Source of the DNA: Octopus vulgaris
Taxonomy: Eukaryota
Assembly: GCA_951406725.2 (NCBI GenBank)
Contig: OX597830.1
Span: forward strand, 43,834,001 to 43,898,000
Direction of reading: 5' to 3'
DNA: 64,000 nt
Under the pieces are notes generated by a model. It was not told the origin of the DNA. It searched no databases and was given only the letters and a program-made list of their open reading frames with translations. This document shows positions 54,766 to 64,000 of the stretch, piece after piece (position 1 is the first letter of the stretch; every line of letters begins with the position of its first letter). The position numbers and the translations under genes are program-made.

Positions 54766-55640
54766 CAGGGACGTGCTGCCTGGGTAGGCAAGGTAGGCAG
54801 TGCCTACCCTGAATAAAATTGATTGATTGTAACATTTTCCTTTTATGGCAAATTATGCACCAAATTCAATAAAATAATGAAGGTTACTCTGATTACTATG
54901 GATAAAATGCAAAATATTTTATTTTTTTATTGATTAGGTAAGCATAATTCGCCTCTGCCTTTCAGTCTCTGTGTTTAAGCTATGCATAGAACTGCTGTAG
55001 TACACATGCTGTGTACATTCCTACAACAATGTTTTCTTTATCTCTCTCTATATAAACAGCAGTTTGTCTGTCTGTGTGACTGTGTGTCTGTCAGGTTGTA
55101 CCCTCACCCTGACCACGGCTTTCAACCGATTCTGATGAAACTTGACACACACATAGCCCAATGTCATAATTCAAAACTAACGCAGCGAAAATTTTGAAAA
55201 GTTCCCCCAGTTCTGAAAAAATCGATAAATTCGACATGGGGTCGAGAATCTAAGCTTTTTATATGCAACACATTTTCTGGACTGTACGTGGGCTGTTCAC
55301 GCGTTGGGAGGCACAATGATATTTTCATGTTTTCGCCCAAAGGGACAGCTAGGAACATCGTATACACAGAAGTATTTGAGTGAAGAGAAGACATTGCAAC
55401 CTACACATGCGCCTTCGTTCCCTAGAGGGAAAGGACTAGATTGGGATTAGTCGTTGCCTACTAGGGGCTCTTACATACCCGGGCAATGCCGGGCTATGCT
55501 GCTAGTGCACTATAAAGGCAGAAGTAAATCTGCCTCCACCTCAGTCACACGCCTGTGTTTCACTTATTATTTTTTTTGTGTTTTACTACATAAACGTCAC
55601 CAACTGCCTACCCTGAGTAATTACTAACAGCACGTACCTG
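54766..55640. mobile_element. hAT-type MITE containing a nested Helitron
   Basis: TIRs CAGGGACGTGCTG / CAGCACGTACCTG; 8-bp TSD ATACATAC. Confidence 0.8.
55041..55505 (+). mobile_element. Non-autonomous Helitron
   Basis: A|TC start; 3' hairpin CCCGG-GCAATG-CCGGG; CTAG|T end. Confidence 0.8.
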
Positions 55641-56180
55641 ATACATACATTCAGACATACATACATACATATATACATGCATGCAGACATACATGCATAC
55701 ATACATACATGCATGCATACATACCAATACATACTTACCTAGATATATATATGTATATATGATGGGCTTCTTTCAGTTTCCATCTACTAAATTCATTCAC
55801 AAGGCTTTGATTGGCCCAGGGCTGTAGTAGAAGATACTTGCCCAAGGTGTCATGCTGTGGAACTGAACTCAGAACCATGTGGTTAGGAAGCAAACTTGCC
55901 TCACAGCCATGCTTGCATCTATAGCCAAGCCTGGGCTTTTAATTATATACACATGTATATGATTACATAAACCCCTCCCCTCAAATTCTGGGCCTTGTGG
56001 CTATAGTAGAAAGGATTATTATATACATAATTGTGTATGTAATAATAGATGATGTAAAGGTGATGAGCAGGCAGAAACATTAGCACACCAGACGAAATGC
56101 TTAGCAGTATTTCGTTTCTCATTCCTAAGGTATTTTTCAATGTTGCTGTTTTTGTTATTATTATTATTATTATTATTATT

Positions 56181-56734
56181 GAGTGAGAGAGCAGTGTATG
56201 CCATCAAAGTGACACTGGGGTAAAATATATGAAGCCCAGTATACCCATCATGACTACTCGTCTGATAAGGGTACACTAGGCACATGCATCACAAGCATAT
56301 GTGCGCGACATGGTGATCTCATATCAAGATAAACAGTGCATGACCTTGCAGGTGGGACCCAGTTAGAATTTTTCTTCTGGTTGTGTAGCCCATCCCGCTC
56401 AAAAGGTCCCTGATTAAGGGTTGTTTAAGGATGTTGAACAAAACACCCATGTTTCAAAATGTGAATTATCCAAACCCCAAAGAATCCCTCTCAACACATG
56501 GCTTTGATGCTCCCCCACTACTTTTGCTCGTGATCAGAGATACACATATCATTAGCCACTAAGGGACATGCTCAACTGGTTAAGGTCAAACAACTGTCAA
56601 GCAAATCTGTGGTATTGAGCAGAATATTTGCTATAGCCCATCTTTTATACCAAGACAAAACAATGTACATGATAACACTTCCAGTCAGTTAAGATCAGAG
56701 GCCATGAGAGCCACTGCCTGGTACTGCATCAGGG
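56181..56734 (-). mobile_element. ~550-bp non-coding element inserted within (TAA)n
   Basis: (TTA)n on both sides; homologous to 37038-37521. Confidence 0.8.
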
Positions 56735-57029
56735 AATTTATTTATTATTATTATTTATTAATATTATTCAGGTCACTACCTGGAATTGAACTTGGAATCT
56801 TAGGGTTATATATATATATATATATATATAAGCCTCCTCTGGCCCCTGTGGCACATAAAAAGCACCCACTACACTCACATTGTGGTTGGCATTAGGAAGG
56901 GCATCCAGATGTAGAAACAGTCTGATCAGACTGGAGCTTGGTGCAGCCTCCTGGCTTCCCAGACCCCAGACAAAACGTCCAACCCATGCTAGCGTGAAAA
57001 ACGGACGTTAAACGATGATGATCATGATG

Positions 57030-57073
<44 letters not shown>

Positions 57074-57129
57074 TACACAAAAGTAAGCACATAAATGGGA
57101 AACAAGGTAAAAAATAGTACTCGAATACC

Positions 57130-57560
57130 ACAGGTAGAATAATATGAACCATCCTCCCACCTACATGGAAACCAGAATGCCGAGATCAGAAAATGGAGAC
57201 ATAGCAACACTATTCCTTTTTTAGGAAGAAAATACCAAAATCACACACTGGACCCAATAATACACAAAATTTTAATGAACACACACAACATATAGACCCA
57301 AAGATCATAAATTTGTCAATAGGAACCTCAACAAGAATGAGATGAATCTCCTATTAAAAGGTTTCAAAAGTTTGCCCCGACCCCCACCCCGCATCTCATT
57401 GAACTGAAATCTGATATTGAACACTTCAACTGCCACCGCCAACTTATAGAATTCTCCAACCATAAAAATTTAAATGATGAATCAATAGTCAGAAATAAAT
57501 TCCACTTCACCCCTGACAAGGGAAAGGACAAATATTTAGACGCGTATATAGATAATAGTG
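57130..57560 (+). mobile_element. Penelope-like element ORF N-terminal remnant
   Basis: KIINLS/NRNLNKNEMNLLLKG/KFAPTPTPHLIELKSDIEHF..DKYLDAYID with two frameshifts; matches the PLE NLS..L..E..LL.KGLKF.PTP motif. Confidence 0.75.
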
Positions 57561-57617
57561 AAGAAATAAAAAGATTTTTTTCCAAAATTCTGACGACTTT
57601 TTTTCTCGATATATATA

Positions 57618-57868
57618 TTGGGTTGGGGCATAATTATTGCGGCTTTTTTTTTTTAACAAATTTTATTCAACAAAAACAATAACAACATGTAACAAAAACA
57701 TCTTTAAATGATTATTCCGGAGCATAATCACTATCTACTTCAATTACTGCTTCCCATTTGCTTGGCAGACGGTCAGACTGTCATTTAAAGATGTTTTTGT
57801 TAAATATTGTTGTTGTTTTTGTTGAATAAAATTTGTTAAAAAGCCACAATAACTATGCACCAACCCAA
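57618..57868. mobile_element. mariner-derived palindromic MITE
   Basis: TA-TTGGGTTGG.../...CCAACCCAA-TA; ~95-bp inverted arms; centre encodes DRLPSKWEAVIEVDSDYAPE* on the minus strand. Confidence 0.8.
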
Positions 57869-58186
57869 TATATATATATATATATATAAAGCGCTTTATG
57901 GATGTGAAACCGGCCTTATCTAACTTTATTTATATAATAGGATCAAACTTCGCCTCTTTTCCTCTTGTGACATGTGCCGTTCAAAAGGAAAAGAACCATA
58001 TTATATACTGCTCTATAACTTAGAATGCACTTCTTTTCCAGATTTATGTTTTACCGACGATATATGTATGTATATATGGGTGTGTATGTGTGTGTAGTCA
58101 TCATGTGATCATACTATGGGCTGGTTGAACATGGACAAGTGTTGCCTACTTAGATGAAATAAATAGCTCTCACTTTACATGTACTA

Positions 58187-58396
58187 ATGACAGCAGTCCA
58201 TCGAAATAATACTCAGCAATCATCTAATGATGTTTTGCCAGAAAATTCAGCCGACGAACAAACAGAAAAGCTTTTCACAGGTGAACATGACGATGATAAA
58301 CAAAACGACTGCTCCTCTCCGGATGACCAAACAAACCATGTGGAAGCTGGAGTTTCAGCGGATAATATAAATGTAAATCCAAATATAAATACTAAT
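58187..58396 (+). CDS. SLC11A2: NRAMP/SLC11 transporter, probable first coding exon (70 aa acidic N-terminal tail)
   Basis: ATG-initiated non-repetitive ORF ending at AAT|GTAAGT in phase 0; joins in frame to 62724; composition and length fit the NRAMP cytosolic N-terminus. Confidence 0.65.
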
Positions 58397-59523
58397 GTAA
58401 GTTGATTTATTTTGGTTTCTTTATAAAAACAATAAGAGATAACAATAATTATTGTCTTGTTTTGGGGATTTTTTTCCCGAAATAATTATTGTTGTTTTTA
58501 GAATGGTCTTTTTTTTTTTTTTTTTGCCAAATAAACACACGCACTGCACACATTTGTTCTTCACTCGTTTATTACTGTCCTTATTCTGATTCATGTCCAT
58601 TGTCTGGAAATCTTTCCTTATTTTGTGCTGTTAATTAACATTTTTTTTTTCAATCGTTGTTGGATCTTCTCTTGTCGCTTTATTTTTTTCAAATGTAAAT
58701 AAATATGATGGAAAATGTAACACGTTGTCATTGAAAGTTTTTCATTTAAAAATGAAAAAATACGAATACTAATAATAAGTTTTCTAAAAAAAAATGCGAA
58801 TTAAAAAATGCGTATTAAAAAAAATACGAAGACCTATATATGACAGGCCTTTGTATTAAATACGACCGTCCTTACTTCTTTCCATAAAATAAATTCTCAC
58901 GATTGTTCATATTTCATAATAAAATGGATGTTAGACTGTAAGGCAACCTTGATCAACTACCTCTATGCTCAAAAACATTCCAACCGTGACAATCCCAACT
59001 TTCGGTGATGTTATCCAATTTGTACCGTTGACATAGTAGTACTGTATTGATTAATGAAGATGTGGTATATTTTGTTATTTCTATCATGTCTAACAACCAC
59101 AGAGGTTTTCTCTAATTTATTGTTGTTAGTCTTTAACCCCAAGTTAATCCTAATCGAACGTATTCCAGCCGTGACAATCCCATCTTTATTGAAGTATCTA
59201 GGCCTTATTTCACGTGTTCTCTTTTTACGAGTACAATAATTTAATTGGAACTTAGCTACTATTTCTAGCAGTATAAGTGCCACTTAAAGATCAATATTTA
59301 TTTTATAGAATAAATCAGTAAACACGTATCACAAGTCTACATGAAAATTAAGCACTTCATACCATTTTCACATGAATTATTCTTATTATATAAACATCGA
59401 TAATGTTATTAATTAAAAATATATTTAGGCGGTATAAAACCTTTCAGTTGTGTTTTAAGTCACATTTTTTGATTACATAATGGATTTGTTTACAAGCGTA
59501 AATTTGCCCGAAAATGTTTTCCG

Positions 59524-59564
<41 letters not shown>

Positions 59565-61090
59565 TCTATATAACAATTGAATTATATATGACGCACTGCG
59601 TGTCATGCCCCGGTCCGTCGGAAAATAATTACCTTGCACGAAACCTTGTCCTCTAACAGACACCGATCTTTCATACAATGAACATGTTATAGTATAAAAT
59701 AACATCAAACTGGAAAGTAAACAATTGTTAAACTCCAGTCTTCTTTTCGTAGATCGCAACGATGCCACGTTACCCCCGTTAACAATATATAAGATAAAAA
59801 TGATATTGGACATCCATCAAAGTGTAAACATTGCATCGTGCATGTAACTTAAGACAATCTCTTTTCAACTTACAAGAATTGAATTTAATCAATGCTACTT
59901 TCGGAAGCATATAACATGCGCGACCTTTCTACGTCTTCGAGACTAGTCTTCCATTACTTTATTATCTACTTATATGTACAGAAATCGAAAAGTTCGTCTG
60001 ATTAGCTTGATATATATCGTAATTTGTTTTGTTTTTTTATTCTTTTCTGTCATTGCACTGCGGCTATCCTGTGGCACCGCATTGAAAGGTAAACACCGAC
60101 CCCGCTACTTATTTTTTTAATAGTTTCGTACTCATTTTATAGGATGCTTTTGCTGAACCGCTAAATTCCGGGGACCTAAACAAACCAATACCGGTTGTCG
60201 AATGGTGTTGGGGGACAATATACACACATACATATCTATGTAAGTTTGTGTGTGTGTTTTATATTAGACTGTGGCCATGCTGGGGCTCCCGCATTGAAGA
60301 ATTTTTGTCACGTGAATTAACCCCAGCGCTTATTTTGTGAAGCCCTATACTTATATCAGTTTGTTTTGTCAATTTGCTAAGTTACAGGGATGTAAACGCA
60401 CCAATACTAGTTGTCAAGCGGTGGTGAAACTCGCGCGCGCACATATTTGACGGGCTTCTTTCAGTTTCTTTTTACCAGAGGCTTTGGTCAGCTCAACGCT
60501 ATAGTAGAATACACTCGTGGGATTGAACTGAGTACCATGTGGTTGGAAAGCAAGTTTCTTACCACACAGCTACACCAGCACCTATATTAATATTAAAATA
60601 CAATTCAGAATCAGCTGAATTAGGTACTTAAATTGAGGCCCCTCGCTAGTTCGGTATAGTCCACACACCCCAACAATATTTGACTATTGAATATCAAGAC
60701 TCCGTGTAGGTGTGTTTGTACCTAATATTCCTCTCATATGTGCACACAACGCAACCCAGCTAAGTTAAGATATCCACTCTTGGTAATTCAGACGTGGGAT
60801 CTTTTCCTTTTGAACGGCACATGTCAACAACATTTCTAGTTAACTAAACACTTTTAAACTTCGTATACTGGTAGAATGTGTTTATAAAACATCATTTTTT
60901 TCTTGGCTTTATTCTATATGTTGTAACATATTTCCACTTTAATTTCAAGCATTTCGGCAATTTTAACCAATCGCTGACCTCCATTTGGGGTGAAAACATT
61001 CCGTGCTGTATGAATATGTCCCTCGTTTAAGAAACAGATTGGGTTTATTTACATTTGCGAAGAAAAAAATATACCCTTCCCCCACCCCTA

Positions 61091-61306
61091 ACCCTAACTC
61101 TAACTCTAACCCTAAATCTAAAATAGATTGAAATGCAATAGATCGATACTAGGGTTATAATTATGGGTGACATTTTCATTTGACACCGCTAGAAAAAAAT
61201 CCCATTTTCAGTAGCGGTGTCGTATGAAATTGTCACCCATAACTATAACCCTAGTATCGATCTATTGCATTTCAATCTATTTTAGATTTAGGGTTAGAGT
61301 TAGGGT
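61091..61306. repeat. ~100-bp-arm palindrome ending in telomere-like CCCTAA/TTAGGG units, part of a DNA element at ~60797-61310
   Basis: Arms 61091-61191 / 61212-61306 directly visible. Confidence 0.9.
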
Positions 61307-62723
61307 GAGATCTTTTATACTTGGAATTTTTTTTCCATTCTCTTCTTGTAAAAATCTGTTGTTGATAATAAAATGTCTTTCATAATAAAAAAAAATGGAC
61401 AAAATCATTTGATATATATGAAGACAAGATTATATATATGTATATATATTCTTTTACTTGTTTCAATCATTTGACTGGAGCACTGCCTTTAGTTAAACAA
61501 ATTAACTCCAGGACTTATTCTTTGTAAGCCTAGTACTTATTCTATTGGTCTCTTTTGCCAAATCACTAAGTTACGGGGACATAAACACACCAACATTGGT
61601 TGTCAAGTGATGGTGAGATAACAAACACATACACACACACACACACACAATGGGCTTCTTTCAGTTTCCATCTACCAAATCCACTCACAAGGCTTTGGTC
61701 AGCCCAAGGCTATAGTAGAAGACACTCGCCCAAGTTGCCATGCAGTGGGACTGAACCCAGAACCATGTGGTAGGGAAGCAAGCTTTTTACGACACAGCCA
61801 CACCTGCAATTAAATGTATATTGCATAGACTAGCAGAAAACCCACCTCTAAACTGTTCATCTGCTTGTATTCTTGATAAAACAAAAAGCAGACCTTCTCG
61901 AGGACAACACTGTCAAGTTAACCAGTGTCTCTGTTTTGCCAAGGCTGACTTTCACTCTACCATTTGTCCTTTCAGAGTCAATATGAGTCAGGAACTGGGG
62001 TCAATGTAATTGGCTTTGCCTCCTTCCCCCAAATTTTTTAAACTGCATCCAGTAGTTGGTGTCTTGGTTCAAGAGTTCCAGGATTTTGAAGATCAAAGAA
62101 CAACCTCTCACGCACTATTGTTCCCAGGTCTACTCTGTCCCAGAGTGGTAGCACCTGTCAGGGTCCCAGATATTGGGTTAAATGGCATGTAACCACCCTA
62201 GTCAGGGTATTTTGAAATTATGGGATACAACACAATGGATGTGAGCTATTTCTGTAAATGAATCTTATTGAATCAATGGCAAATATCATGAGATGTTGTA
62301 TGGCTGGACAGACAACAAACTGTCAGTTAGTGAACTGCTGCTATCATCTGTAATCATGGCATGCACAGATGAGATATTTCAGCTTGTGAAAGACTAATGG
62401 GACTAAAGTCCAGGCCAGACATTCATGTGTCATCACTCAATCAGGACATCTGGCATAGAAGGTTTACATTGGTCCAGGCAAGTCACTGGAACTGGACTAT
62501 GAAGGATAACACTTGGATTAAAGGATTACAACAACTGCCATGATCTCAACAATCTGGAAGGGTCTACAGTAGGCTATGATCATTGCCCCTTTCTCCACCA
62601 ACTAAATAAGTAAATTAGGCTTCACTTACAAGAAGACATCTTCATGGTGATAACAGTATACAAATATCTAAATTGATGTATTTTTAATTTAAATTTTTTT
62701 CTCTTTTAATGTTTTATTTCCAG

Positions 62724-62849
62724 CCAAGAAGGTTTAGCTTCCGAAAACTATGGGCTTTTACAGGTCCAGGTTTTCTGATGAGTATTGCTTACTTGGATCC
62801 AGGTAATATAGAATCTGACCTTCAGACAGGAGTCATTGTTAAATATAAG
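62724..62849 (+). CDS. SLC11A2: NRAMP/SLC11 (DMT1/Malvolio-like) divalent metal transporter, TM1 exon; gene continues beyond the window
   Basis: TTTTATTTCCAG| [42 protein letters not shown] |GTAAGA; 126 nt, phase 0/0; contains the NRAMP DPGN signature; missed by the ORF track. Confidence 0.96.
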
Positions 62850-63226
62850 GTAAGAAATAATTTCATATTCCATGTGTGAAATGAAAAATAAAAAAATTAA
62901 AATGAAATTAGCACAAAAAAATGTTATGGTTTTATGTGCGTAAATAACAAAAATGTTTCTTGTTCTTGGTTCTAAAGTTGCTGACCCAAACTTTGGAACC
63001 TCCTCTCTTTTACTTGTTTTAGTCAGTAGACTGTGGCCAAACCAGGGCATTACCTTGAAGAGGAATTAACCCCAATACATTTCTTTTAAGCCTCATATTT
63101 GTTCTATTGGCTCTCTTTTGCTGAACTGCTAAGTTACAGGGATGTAAACAAACTAACATTGGTTGTCTAGCAGTGGTGATGGGCAAACACACACACACAC
63201 ACACACATGCATACATACATACATAT

Positions 63227-63257
<31 letters not shown>

Positions 63258-64000
63258 CAATGGTTTCAGGCTCTTCAAAATACTGAGGATGCATTATCGA
63301 ATGGAAATTGTAGTTATGGCTGATGCCAGCAGCGCCTGTCTGGCTCCCCGTTCTAGTGGCATGTAAAAGCATCATCCAAATGTGGTCGTTGCCAGCCCCC
63401 AGTGGCCCCTGTGCCGGTGGCATGTAAAAAGCACCCACTATACTCTCAGAGTGATTAGCGTTAGGAAGGACATCCAGCTGTAGAAACACTGCCAGATCAG
63501 ATTGGAGTATGGTGCTGCCTCCTGGCTTCCCAGACCTCAGTCGAACTGTCCAACCCATGCCAGCATGGAAAACAGATGTTGATGATGATGATATATATTT
63601 ATAAAGCTCTCCAATTCCTAAACACTGTTTGGCACTGATACTGCTGAATTTCTTCTGACTTGGTGGTCTAATAGCGCAACTGAATCAGTATTGTTGATTG
63701 TGTTATAAGTTAAAGCTATGACTTCAAAATCTGCCCAGAGTTATCTCTCTTCAGTATTTTCCATTGATAATACCTAAAGAGCTAGAAACAATCTAGGAAT
63801 CTGACAGGGTACATCACTGGACAGATATGACCTTTTTTACCATAAAAGAGAATTTTTTCTCCATGGTAACTGCAGTAAATTTGCCTTTAGAAGACGAAAT
63901 ACATCACAAACATATTTTAACTAACCTAAAGTTTGCATATATGTATATGTGCGTGCTGGAGAAGACCCGGCAACCCAAATGAGACCATAACCCGTGACCT

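Noticed and set aside
58545-58551. Metal response element TGCACAC in the NRAMP intron (also 60741)
   Set aside because: A 7-mer expected often in CA-rich DNA; no clustering seen
61081-61120. True or interstitial telomere
   Set aside because: Only a few degenerate units, internal to a repeat element
57900-64000. Iron-responsive element for the DMT1-like gene
   Set aside because: No CAGUGN-loop hairpin with C bulge seen; the 3'UTR is outside the window

Overview
AT-rich, microsatellite- and transposon-dense eukaryotic DNA. The SINE/LINE repertoire and TA/CA/CATA/GATA/CAT arrays look like an Octopus (coleoid cephalopod) genome; this is inferred from repeat-family recognition, with no database search. 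Only one host protein-coding gene is well supported: the 5' part of an NRAMP/SLC11 (DMT1/Malvolio-like) metal transporter on the + strand, with exons at 58187-58396 and 62724-62849, continuing past the window end. A second CpG-retaining region (~22.9-26.3 kb) may hold the promoter and first exon of a minus-strand transcript. Nearly all ORFs in the supplied track are low-complexity or repeat artefacts. The rest is decayed Tc1/mariner, hAT, piggyBac-type, Helitron, RTE, CR1/L2, Tx1 and Penelope-like (PLE) elements plus three SINE families. The most interesting signals are RNA-level. (1) A 352-bp tandem array (1402-2256) whose units each carry an intact type I hammerhead ribozyme with a palindromic stem III, i.e. 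a retrozyme-like circular-RNA element, plus a diverged covarying copy at ~15.8 kb. (2) Several other TA-embedded PLE-type termini with minimal or degenerate hammerheads. (3) A ~3-kb insertion flanked by a 176-bp direct duplication. It contains two GC-rich, A-depleted arms that pair with each other through G.U-rich long-range pairing across a 1.5-kb CA-rich spacer, and it ends in a hammerhead-like terminus. All coordinates and pairings were read by eye.
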